Below, in pieces: positions 26,216 to 38,030 of a DNA stretch of 64,000 bases (the first letter of the stretch is position 1; each line of letters opens with the position of its first letter). Under the pieces are notes generated by a model. That model was not told the origin of the DNA and searched no databases. It saw only the letters and a list, made by a program, of their open reading frames with translations. Source of the stretch: Callorhinchus milii (lineage: Eukaryota); the NCBI RefSeq assembly GCF_018977255.1, contig NW_024704743.1, positions 68,388,001 through 68,452,000 on the forward strand. Direction: 5' to 3'. The position numbers were made by a program, and so were the translations under genes.

Positions 26216-28773
26216 AAAAAGGACTACTGTACTTATAAATGACTTAAAACAGAGTACATTTGTTTGAAATGGAAGGTTTGAGAGCTGGGTCCAATTCTTT
26301 TACTTTGCTTTCTTGGATTTAATGTGGCAATTTAAATAATAATACAACTCCCATATGGCATAGCACCTTACTTACATTGTTGTAACATCTCAAAGTGCTT
26401 CACAGGAATTACTGTGAACTGTGGTGAATAACAATTCAGACTGTATAGTGGAAATAGTTCTTTCTGCCATAAATCTGTTAAAATGGATTCTCAAGTCACT
26501 TCAGGAAATATGCCATGACCTGTAATGTTATATGTAACAGGATAACTCTTATCATGTGCATGCTGAAGACAAGATTAATCTTTTTCACACAGATGATGGA
26601 GTTTTGTACAAACTTGTTCACTGGTTTTCAGCATGACTGAGCACCGTTGTGAATTCTAAAGTCAAAACAGCAGAAAGCAGGTGTGCTTAAGATAAACTTT
26701 CCTTCTCGTACATAATTTATGGTGATGTTCTAGATATGACTGATGATTGCTCAATTACTCAGTTGCTTCGTCACAGAGAGATAGATGTCTCCATGATTCT
26801 AGTTTTGTAAAGTGGATATGATTCCTAATCCATTGTTTCCTCTAAACTTGTATTTTTAATCTCAAAAGAATTCTCCCAGCGCATTTCTGAACTAAAGCAA
26901 TTTAGCTGCTTTTTTTTACAATTTCTTCCTCTGTGTAAATTTCCACATATACAAGAAATAGTGAGTGGAGTTTCTGAATTGATTTCAACTCTTAATGCAA
27001 AAAAAGGAGGAAACGAATAGAGAATCTGGTCTTAGTCATTTATTATTTGACCTATTTCATGTAAAGATTTTTTTTTGGTCTAAGTTCCCTAGCAGTTTGA
27101 ATCTACGCCCTTTGTGATGATTTTGGCTAAAATGCAACATCTGATTCCACTAACTTAATCACTTACTGCATATCGTGTCAGCTTTTGAGTGTTGCAATCA
27201 TTTTTTCACATGCAGAAATCTATCACTATGCTTAAGAGTATCCAAACCAAACAGAGTTCCATGATTCCCACCAACACATGGAAATTCCCATGATTGGAAT
27301 GGAATGTACTCTCCTCCTGTACCGACGTATCCTGCTTCCCTAATTCCGAAGACAATTAAGCGCAATAACTACTACACACATTGCATAATATTAAATTTTA
27401 CAATATAAATTTTGTTAGTGCTACAGTATTAATTCTTAGAGTAGAGAAAAAGTTATCCACACTGATGAGAGATATTGTGGGTAAGGAAACTATGTGAATA
27501 ACTGGTTATCATTCAAATTGGTTAGGCTGATCTAACCCCTATTTTAGACATTTCAACACTTTGCTTTTACTGACTCTCTCTTTCTTTAACTCTTCCTTTC
27601 TCAAATTCTTTTTCCATCTCTTCCTTGCTTACTCTCTCTTCCACTCTGAATTTCTCTTTCTCTCTCTCTCTGAGTCTCTCTGTTTAAGCCTACTCTAAAT
27701 AAACACCAAACCCTACACTACCTTTGCTTTGCCAGTCACTGTTACGCTGCGTAGCTCTGCCACCAACCCTGTAACTTCACCCATATGACCAGAAGTAGAT
27801 TATTTTGCAGGTTTTGCAGCCCCGCATTCACTTCTCCATTAGAGTCTGATGCAGATATATTGGCACATGAATAATCAGCATGTGGGTTCACAGCGTTCTA
27901 CTATACTGGCAAAGAGGTATCCAGTTATCTGGAATCTCTACGAGAGATGCTGTCAAGATAACAAGTTAGAGTGGCAATGTTTAATATTAGACTTAGATAA
28001 ACACCAAATGTTAACCTGTTTATGTTTTTCATGTTTGAAACCACGAATGACTAGCAAGCTGGTTTTAGAGCCAATAGTAAGCTTTTTAGCAGTCAAAAAA
28101 GTTGTAGTGGCAAAGAGAATGGGGATGAAAAGGAAAGACAAGGCAAACTCTGTAAAATGTTTTACAACTTTTTAGTTGAATTACTTAAGTGTTTATTTTT
28201 AGACAGAAATAACAATATTAAAGTACTAATCATAAAATCATAGAATTATACAGCACAGAAGGAGCTCATTTGGCCCATCGTGTCTGTGTCGGCTCTTTGA
28301 AAAGAGCTATTAATTCAATCCCATTCCCTCGCTCTCTCCCCATAGCCCTGCAAACTTGTCCTCCCCAAATAATGATCCTAATTACCTAAATAATTATTAA
28401 AGTTACTCCTGGTATTGAAGTCACTTTAGAGCTGTTTCAGGATCTGCGTATGTACCTAAAAAGTAAACAAAAACACCAGAGAGCCTGAAATTCCCTTCTG
28501 GAAATCAGAATTTTATCAATACTGGAAAATATATTTTCCTGCAATACTGGAAAAACTTTTTCAAAATGTGCTTCTAAAAATGCACAAGGACAAATGATTT
28601 CTATGTATGTGTGACAATTACAGTCTAAAACTATGTGCTTCATTAATACATAAATGAATCTAAGATCCACAGCATAAGGGATGTGCACAAGACAGATGAT
28701 TAACTCTTAAATATCCATGTAACAAATCCCATAGCCACCTTTCAGTGAAATAATAATCCTTGCATTTGATATA

Positions 28774-29056
28774 ATAATAATAATAATAATCCTTGCATTT
28801 GATATAGCGCTTTTCACGTCGGAAGGACGTCCCAAAGCGCTTCACAGAACACACTGCAAAGTGAATTGACAGCAATGTCCCACAAACAGTCGTAGATTGA
28901 AAATGATCAATTTATTATTGTTTTTGGTTTTGGAGGGATTATTATTAGGCGTGTGGAGTAAGGAAACTTGCCCAAGTTTTCGCCCTCTGCCTGGAATTGA
29001 ACCCAGGTCTCTCGCTTGCAAAGCGAGTGCTCTAACCACTGAGCTACAGGACTCCA
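28774..29056 (-). mobile_element. Young short-form SINE inserted into an older long-form SINE
   Basis: The host tail 28749-28773 (...ttgatata) rejoins 29057 (cgccttatcac...); the host head ends at ~29397. Confidence 0.9.
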
Positions 29057-29397
29057 CGCCTTATCACATCTTTGAGATGTCTCAAAACGCACCACAGATT
29101 ATAATGTAAAGTGAATTGACTGTATATTTTGTGGGCTAAACGGGGCAGCCAATTGAGCACAGCTGTGTCCCACAAATAGTCATGGATTGAAGTGTGATCA
29201 ATTTAATATTTTTTTTGAAGGAATTATTATCCCCGGAAAAGAGATCCACCAATCGACTAACAACCGGGTTCCTACTTACTGCTAGGTAAACAGAGGCACA
29301 TGCAGTAAGGAAACTTGCACACCATTCGCCCTGCCGGGAATAGAACCCGGTTTCTCGCTTGCAAGGCGAGTTATCTAACCACTACGCTACAGGACTC
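29057..29397 (-). mobile_element. Older long-form SINE (host)
   Basis: tRNA head, cctctgtttacctagcagtaagtaggaacccgg segment and Deu 3' segment. Confidence 0.85.
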
Positions 29398-30759
29398 AGA
29401 AATGTGAATGAAACACCTTTGTTTTTACAAAAAACACAAGATGAAGAAATATATCACAAATCCCATATGCCAAAGAGCACAGCAAATATTTATGCCAAGT
29501 TAAAAATGAGTATTATTATGTTAAGATTTAATCTTGCAACCTCCCATGAATAGAGCAGCTGTACTTTGTACTAGCGTCTTTATAGCAGAACCTATTTCTG
29601 CTGTTTTAGCCAAGATTGTTCCCCTATTGTGTAGATATTGCTATTTATTACTTCTGGAGCATGGTTGAAACAAATTAAGTTAATTGGACCCAAAATTATC
29701 TTAACACCTAGTAAAACAAAGTTAGGGATTGGCATGCAACCAGCATTGGAGCAACTTGCGCTTTCATGCTCTGAAAGACACTCACACAGTGCTAGAATGT
29801 CAGATCTTTATAACCATGCAAAACCAATGATTCTAATCGAAGCAATTCAATCAGATTGTCTCTGTACAAGCCTCCATTCACCTGGAGATAAAGTAGATGC
29901 GGGCTGCTACACTGGGATGTGCAAGTGCTGGAGGAATGGCTAGAAATTGTCCCCAAGGATGACCTGTGTTCAGCCATGTAAGAGGAAAAGGTCGCTTATC
30001 TGTTAGATAAGAAGTTAGTTTGCTGGGTGCAATTGTGCTGCTGTATTTGCCTGCAAAAACACAGTTACTCCATTTTATAATAAATTCTGTGAAGTTCTTT
30101 GATACGTCCTTGTAATATAAATACAGCCTATACCAAATGCAAGGATTGTTATTATTGATCATAGATGGGGAACGTGCAGTCTCCTCAAAAGCAGATAAGC
30201 TGCATAACAGATTGTAGGATCGAGAGAATTTGGAGTGCCTGAAAGGGTTGAGGACTCAGCTCTGATACCTTTCATGTAAAGATTCCTCAGAAAGCTATTT
30301 GAACTGTCTGACCATGACCCCTTCATTCAAAGATCTCACCTCTTGATTGCGGTCCATGCAATCGATCTGAACCAACAGAGAGACACTGTGCTGCTTTTCA
30401 CATTCTTTCCCGTTCAAAAAGAAATTCTGCTCGAGGGCAGAGCTATGTACAGTGGACAGCTAAACGTGATTCTATACAGGGGTATTTATCTTCCTGACAT
30501 TTGGCAAAGTGTCAGTAACTTGACATTATTAACAAAATACTCCGCAGACTGGGGGTATTAATTATGCCAAGCTGCTCCCTGGTTAGCAACGCAGAGACCA
30601 GGCACACATCTTTCTTTTTCAGCAGCAACTAGAAATCTTTACACAGCGGCTGGTGAGAAAGCATCAATGCATTTAAGAGGAAACTCGAGGCATACACGAG
30701 AGAGAGGGACGTGGGGGCAGGAGTGGGGGAGAAGCATTGAGGGGGAGGCATAGGAGGGG

Positions 30760-33420
30760 GAGAGGCATGTGGTGTGGAGGGGGAGAGGCGTGGGGGTGGG
30801 GGAAGAGGCGTGGGGTGGGGGAGAGGGGTGGTGGGGGAGGTGTGGTGGTGGGAACGCGTGGTGGTGGGGGCTGAACGCGTGGTGGTGGGGGAGGCGAGGT
30901 GTGGTGGGGGGGTGGCGAGGTGTGGTGGGGGGAACGCGTGGTGGTGGGGGGGGGGAACGTGTGGTGTTGTGTGGGGGGCGAGGTGTGGTGGGGGGAACGC
31001 GTGGTGGTGGGGGGGGGAAGCGTGGGGGAGGCGTGGTGGGGGGAACGCGTGGTGGTGGGGGGGAGGCGTGGTGGGGGGGTGGCGAGGTGTGGTGGGGGGA
31101 ACGCGTGGTGGTGGGGGGGGAACGCGTGGTGTTGTGGGGGGGGCGAGGTGTGGTGGGGGGAACGCGTGGTGGTGGGGGGGGGAGGCGTGGGGGAGGCGTG
31201 GTGGGGGGAACGCGTGGTGTTGTGGGGGGGGCGAGGTGTGGTGGGGGGAACGCGTGGTGGTGGGGGGAACGCGTGGTGGTGGGGGTGAACGCGTGGTGGT
31301 GGGGGTGAACGCGTGGTGGTGGGGGTGGCGAGGTGTGGTGGGGGGGAACGTGTGGTGTTGTGGGGGAACGCGTGGTGGTGGGGGTGGCGAGGTGTGGTGG
31401 GGGGGAACGCGTGGTGTTGTGGGGGAACGCGTGGTGGTGGGGGGGAGGTGTGGTGGTGGGGGGGAGGCGTGGTGTTGTGGGGGTGGCGAGGTGTGGTGGG
31501 GGGGAACGTGTGGTGGTGGTGGGGGGAACGCGTGGTGTTGGGGGGGTGGCGAGGTGTGGTGGGGGGAACGCGTGGTGTTGTGGGGAACGCGTGGTGGTGG
31601 GGGTGGCGAGGTGTGGTGGGGGGGAACGCGTGGTGTTGGGGGGGAAGGCGTGGTGGTGGGGGGGAGGCGTGGTGTTGTGGGGGTGGCGAGGTGTGGTGGG
31701 GGGGAACGTGTGGTGGTGGTGGGGGGAACGCGTGGTGTTGGGGGGTGGCGAGGTGTGGTGGGGGGAACGCGTGGTGTTGTGGGGGAACGCGTGGTGGTGG
31801 GGGTGGCGAGGTGTGGTGGGGGGGAACGCGTGTGTGTGGGGGAACGCGTGGTGGTGGGGGGGAGGTGTGGTGGTGGGGGGAGACGTGGTGTTGTGGGGGT
31901 GGCGAGGTGTGGTGGGGGGGAACGTGTGGTGGTGGTGGGGGGAACGCGTGGTGTTGTGGGGGTGGCGAGGTGTGGTGGGGGGGAACGTGTGGTGGTGGTG
32001 GGGGAACGTGTGGTGTTGTGGGGGTGGCGAGGTGTTGTGGGGGAACGCGTGGTGTTGTGGGGGTGGCGAGGTGTGGTGGGGGGGAACGTGTGGTGGTGGT
32101 GGGGGGAACGCGTGGTGTTGGGGGGTGGCGAGGTGTGGTGGGGGGGAACGTGTGGTGGTGGTGGGGGGAACGCGTGGTGTTGGGGGGTGGCGAGGTGTGG
32201 TGGGGGGAACGCGTGGTGGTGGTGGTGGGGGGAACGTGTGGTGTTGTGGGGGTGGCGAGGTGTTGTGGGGGGGAACGTGTGGTGGTGGTGGGGGGAACGC
32301 GTGGTGTTGGGGGTGGCGAGGTGTGGTGGGGGGAACGTGTGGTGGTGGTGGGGGGAACGCGTGGTGTTGGGGGTGGCGAGGTGTGGTGGGGGGGAACGTG
32401 TGGTGGTGGTGGGGGAACGCGTGGTGTTGGGGGGTGGCAAGGTGTGGTGGGGGGAACGCGTGGTGTTGGGGGGTGGCGAGGTGTGGTGGGGGGAACGCGT
32501 GGTGTTGTGCGGGTGGCGAGGTGTGGTGGGGGGAACGCGTGGTGTTGTGCGGGTGGCGAGGTGTGGTGGGGGGGAGGCGTGGTGTTGGGGGGGGGCGAGG
32601 TGTGGTGGGGGGGAACGCGTGGTGTTGTGCGGGTGGCGAGGTGTGGTGGGGGGAGGCGTGGTGTTGTGCGGGTGGCGAGGTGTGGTGGGGGGGAGGCGTG
32701 GTGTTGTGCGGGTGGCGAGGTGTGGTGGGGGGGAGGCGTGGTGTTGTGGGGGTGGCGAGGTGTGGTGGGGGGGAGGCGTGGTGTTGGGGGGGGGCGAGGT
32801 GTGGTGGGGGGGACGCGTGGTGTTGTGGGGTGGCGAGGTGTGGTGGGGGGAACGGCGTGGTGTTGTGGGGGTGGCGAGGTGTGGTGGGGGGGAACGTGTG
32901 GTGGTGGTGGGGGGAACGCGTGGTGTTGGGGGTGGCGAGGTGTGGTGGGGGGGAACGTGTGGTGTTGGGGGGAACGCGTGGTGGTTGGGGGAGGCGTGGT
33001 GTTGTGGGGGTGGCGAGGTGTGGTGGGGGGAAGGCGTGGTGTGTGGGGGGGGGCGAGGTGTGGTGGGGGGAGGCGTGGTGCGGTGGGGGGGGCGAGGTGT
33101 GGTGGGGGGGGCGAGGTGTGGTGGGAGGAACGCGTGGTGGTGGGGGGGAGGTGTGGTGGGGGGAACGCGTGGTGTTGGGGGGTGGCGAGGTGTGGTGGGG
33201 GGGAGGCGTGGTGTTGGGGGTGGCGAGGTGTGGTGGGGGGGGAAGGCGTGGTGGTGGGGGGAAGGCGTGGTGTTGTGGGGGGGGCGAGGTGTGGTGGGAG
33301 GAACGCGTGGTGGTGGGGGGGAGGTGTGGTGGGGGGAGGCGTGGTGTTGGGGGGTGGCGAGGTGTGGTGGGAGGAACGCGTGGTGGGGGGGGGAACACGT
33401 GGTGTTCTGGGGGGGAGAGG
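30760..33420. repeat. 2.7-kb G-rich compound minisatellite
   Basis: Alternating modules GGCGAGGTGTGGTG(G)n and AACGCGTGGTG(T/G)TG(G)n, with an AGGCGTGGTG variant. Extreme G/C strand skew and no stops in several frames. Confidence 0.97.
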
Positions 33421-34393
33421 ATTAGGATTGTTGGTCTCATGTGGAGTATAATTAATGCTCATTAATAATCTCCTGATACCTTCACGGTCCTGTGGTTGAT
33501 GGAGAAGCCTCGTGCGAGCCCTACCTGGGAATACTGCACTCTGAGAAATACTTTCTGACAAAAGTGCCTTTCTCAGTCGAGCCAAGAGTCTGAATGACAA
33601 CCGTGATCCAACGCTGCGACTTCAACATTGAGACAAAATTCACTGCAACCTTTTCCTGAATTGACAGCAAGACTGTGACAGGGGCTAAATTTATCCTGTG
33701 ATCTGTTTCACAAGTCTTCTTATTTCCCTGATTTACAATGATGACCCTTTTTTTTTTGCCTTTTCCCCCCTCTTCCTTGTACAGGTACTTTGCAAATGTC
33801 CCCATTTGATATTTCTGGGCCCTTTTTTTTCTTCTTTTATTTTATGTTTTACAGACCTGCCTTTCCTTGAAGTAATCTTCTCAGACTGCAACTGTGTTTT
33901 TCATAGTACAGTATTTTCATTTTATCATTCTCTTTTCTTTAGTGTTATATAGAACGAGGTTAGTGTATGTTTAACCTTTAAATTTAAAGGTATAGGCACT
34001 ATTCATTTCACAAATTATTTTCTTTCTTTGTGTGTTGCCAGTTAATTTTCTATGTGGGTGTTTAACTTCTTCCCCCGTTAGTTAAATCATGTTACGTTCT
34101 GTTACATCTGCAGAAATGGTTTAGCTTCCACATTCTCCCAACTGATAGGAGGTAGGTTGTGAAAGCAGTTAAGATAACTGTTACTTTTTTTGTGGGAAAC
34201 ACTGGCTACTTTTTATCCTGAGTGTTTTAGGTTGGCTGTTTGTACACTGTAATTATATTGTGCAGGAGGTTATATTTATAATAAATCTAATAAATAGATT
34301 TATAATAAATCCCTGACTGTCCAACACCTTTGGAGGTCCTCCCGACGTGGAAGGCGTTATACAAATGTAATTTGTTGTTGTTGTAGTTATATA

Positions 34394-34809
34394 CTGTAAA
34401 CTCCAGATAACATATCCCTCCAAAGGAAAAAGGCTCAGTGACGAATTACCCGACGTGACAAGTTACCCATTGGTCCTCAACGTATTTTCCTAGGCCCCTC
34501 AACCACACTCTTTCCCTTTCCCATTTCGTTGAGGACAACGCACCTGAGCATGCTTGCCAAACCTCAGCTATGCACAAGCACCAGTCACAGGAAAGGACAA
34601 GAGACCATGGTATTGCTAGATACCATCTTATAGGCTATTTATCCGATCAATTTTACATTGTATGTACTTACAAGAATTTCTGCAATGTGACGAGTTATGT
34701 TTTAAGCAGAGTGACAAGTAAAACGATATCCCTTAATATCAATATTAATATAACCTAAGTAAGTGATAGTGACGAGTTAAGACAGGGCCAAGTTATCTGG
34801 AGTTTACTA
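34394..34809. mobile_element. Tigger/pogo-type MITE (~416 bp)
   Basis: TIRs TA|CTGTAAACTCCAGATAAC and GTTATCTGGAGTTTACTA|TA. A second left end TA|CAGTAAACTCCGGA at 45050 supports the consensus. Confidence 0.8.
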
Positions 34810-36212
34810 TATTATATATGCACATTCCCTTCTCTATAGCGAATAACCAACTATGCAAGCATTAGAGTGATTAGACTCTAGATCATGAAAAAGGATGTAC
34901 TGAATGTAACTACAAATTTAGAGGGATCAGGAGAAATTGCAGGTTTGGGCAAAAAGGTGGCAGAAGCAGTTTGATAGGGAGAAATGTAAAGTTATGAGCT
35001 CTGGCAGAGGAATGGGTGGTGTGGACAATAAAAAATTGCATCTTGCAAAGTGTAAAGCTCTGTGTGTGAATATAACTATCCTAAGATCCCCTTTCACTCT
35101 TCTTGTGAATATTTTATATCCAGTTACTGACTCCCTCACCAGTGGAAGTAGCGTCTCTCTGTTTACTCTGTCAAAACTGGTCTCACATGAAAGAGAACTT
35201 CAGGCAACAGTCTTGAATGCATATATCATGGTTCAGCTTCATTCTCCCCAGTTCCTCTGATTTGGCCCAGTTCCTACTCAGCCTCAGCCTTTTTCCCCTT
35301 CCCCTGCCCTCATTCTTTGTGGGAGTACTTCACAAATTCTAGCTATGCCCGTACAGCTTTATGTGAATGTATAACAGAGTTACAGTTTGAGGAGAGATTG
35401 GAAAAGTTGTGTTTATTTTCGTTGGAGCAGAACAGATTGAGAGGGGACCTGACAGGTATACACAATTATAGGGGTTTGACAGTTGTTTTGATGCAGAGAG
35501 GTGTTGGGATGTGGAATGCTCTGCCAAGTAAGGTGGTAGACAGAGTCCAATGTGGATTCAAGAGGGAAGTAGACAAGTATATGAAAATCAGAAGCTTGAA
35601 GGGGTATGGGGATAACGCAAGGCAGTGAGTTTGTTAGTGCCGCTTGCTCTGAGAGTCGTTGCATATTCGAAGGACTAAATGGCCTTCTTCTGCGTTATAC
35701 ATTTCTACGATTCTGTGGCCCCAGATAAATAACAAGGATCAGCTGATAATCAAATACTTTTGTGATGCTTTCTGGTGTTCGATTACACCAGTTGTATTCT
35801 CTAATAAATAGTTAATAAATACGAGCAAATTCTTTTCTATCCTTGCTAATGGGCATGTGTCAACCCTGTTCACATGCTTCATACTTCGTATTACAATATT
35901 CATTGGCTTATATTTATCCATATTAAAATCCATCTGTCGGCCATCTGCTAATGTGTCCAGTTTTCTTTGAATGCTATCAATCTTCCTTGCACCAGTCAAC
36001 CAGTCATGCAACTTGGTGTTGACTCCATTTCTGTAACAAGATGTAATATCCTCCCTATTAACAATAACATTTGTATAGCACCTTTCACATCAGGAGGACA
36101 TTTATAAACGACAGAAAATCAAAAATAAACATCTGTGAAACTTCAACAGTTATAATTCCCCTTATTTCTATTGACTTTCTTCTGTTATCCACATTGTCTT
36201 GGTAAAATGCTT

Positions 36213-36570
36213 TAGAGTTCTGTAACGCATTGGTTAGAGCACTCGCCTCTCGATGGGGTGAGGACCCGGGTTAAATTCCGGGGTGGGGCAAAACCTCAGG
36301 CAAGTTTCCACACGCCTCTGTTTACCTACCAGAAGTAAGAACTCGGCTGTTAGTCGATTGGCGGATCGCTTTCTAGGGGTAATAATCCCTTCAAAAATAA
36401 ATCATTCAATCCACGACAGTTTGTGAGATACTGCTATGCCCAATTGGCTGTTGCATTTCACCCACAAAATATACGGTCAATTCACTTTACGGTATATTCT
36501 GTGAAGTGCTTTAAGATGTCTTAACAACAGAATAAGCGCTATTTAAAATGAACACAAGGATTATTATAAT
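36213..36570 (+). mobile_element. tRNA-derived SINE, long form
   Basis: Head ggttagagcactcgcc...gggttaaattccgg, cctctgtttacct segment, Deu 3' part and ggattattat tail. Confidence 0.85.
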
Positions 36571-36739
36571 GTGCTTTGAAATATCCTTTGCAAAAGGCAC
36601 CATGTAACTGCAAGTTGTTATTCTTGTTGCCTTCCAATTTCAAAGCAGCTAGTGAATTTGCAATGAATTCATTTGATTGAAGTCCGTTCTAATATCATTC
36701 AAAATGTGGCAGCAAATATAAATCTGTACATCATTCTTT

Positions 36740-37260
36740 CATTGGAACAGAGAAGGTTGAGGAGAAGCTTGATAGAGCTCTTTAAAATTATGAGGGCTTT
36801 TTAAAAAGTCAATAGGAAGAATTTTTTTCAGCTGGTCAGTGAGTCAGTGACTGGAGGCCCCAATTTAAGATAATTAGCAAACAGGGAGAATAGAAAGTTT
36901 TTTTTTACACAGAGAGTTGTTAGATGTGGAATGCCTTGCTGGGTGTGGTGGTTGAGGCAGGATGCATATGAGCTTTCACGAGAGAACTAGTTGATATTAA
37001 AAAAGGAGTAATTTGCAGAGGTTTGAGGAAAAGGCAAGTAAATGGACTGATTGGATCAATGGAATGTTTTTTGTATCGGGAGATAAGGAAAAATTGTAAC
37101 AAAAGATGTTGCATGTTGGGTCTGTTTGGGATTTTTGATGTACTAAATATATTTATAAATAAATATATATTTTCAAAAAAAAAGTTTTTTCAAAGAACAG
37201 GACAAACACAATGGGGCAGGTGGTCTTCTGTTGTGCTGTACATGTCTGGTTCTATGATAA
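36740..37260 (+). mobile_element. CR1 LINE 3' end, degraded
   Basis: LEQRRLRRSLIELFKIMR...FFTQRVVRCG-like coding remnant, then a CR1-type 3' UTR. Confidence 0.75.
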
Positions 37261-37719
37261 AGTGACCATATTTTGTAAACCAAATCTGGGGAAACATTTT
37301 TAAAAAATTGAACTCACCACAATTGCTGGTGCTGGCAATACTGGTGAAGCTTGTTCGATTAATGGCTATGTTTCTCTGATGAGTGTATCTGTTAAAGAAT
37401 TGTATTGTTCTTCCTCAGTTTGCTGCTGAACTCAACACAGGGAAAATTTGGCCAATGACACATACCTCATCTGGGGACTGTTGCCGGAAATTGGGGACTT
37501 ATGGTTACCCTATTCTACGATGTACACTATGATTGATATCATTGCATCAAAGTTTTCTGATAGTTTTTACATTTAGTGTCCCAAGATTATGTTGCTTTGA
37601 GTTGTTGTGCACTGTTTGCCAAACTTTGGAACATGCTAAGCTCTGCAATAACAAGAGGGTATAATACTCCAGTTTGTTAGAAGTTTGAATTTTTTGGCCA
37701 TTTTCCAAATTCTCATATC

Positions 37720-38030
37720 CTGGCCCCTTGTTGAACTGAGTTCCCCTTGTTCAGTGAACGAAAAGAGTCGGTATCCATAAAAAATCCCTTTCCCATTTGC
37801 CTAACAATTAATGAGATTTTTTGTTGGCATAGTCTGTTTAGCACAAACATTGATAACATTTGCAGAAAAGTTAAGGAGGTACAGATGAAGTCCAATAATT
37901 GCAGCAATCCACAATTTTGAGGGATTATTGGATGAATATGATACCTACTGGGAAGGATAGGTTAACCCTATTTGCATTTCTACCAAACTGTGATTCAACT
38001 AATCTTCAACTAGCTGTTCCTCAGTAGTTC
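37720..38030 (-). mobile_element. Possible pogo/Tigger (CENP-B HTH) transposase remnant
   Basis: With frameshifts reads EEQLVE...EMQIG and GKW.KGFFM.Y..FSF.EQGELSSTR, resembling GxxWxxGFxxRHPxLSxRxxExLSxxRA. Confidence 0.35.

Noticed and set aside
30575..30592. RFX X-box (GGTTAGCAAC)
   Set aside because: Half-site only, with no supporting promoter evidence.
30760..33420. CRISPR-like or telomeric array
   Set aside because: No unique spacers, no cas genes, eukaryotic context, and no TTAGGG units.
30629..33600. 600-975 aa Pro/His/Thr-rich and Gly/Val/Trp-rich ORFs in all six frames (extensin/mucin-like)
   Set aside because: The repeat modules lack stop codons on both strands, and variable G-run lengths do not preserve any frame, so these are artefacts of the minisatellite.
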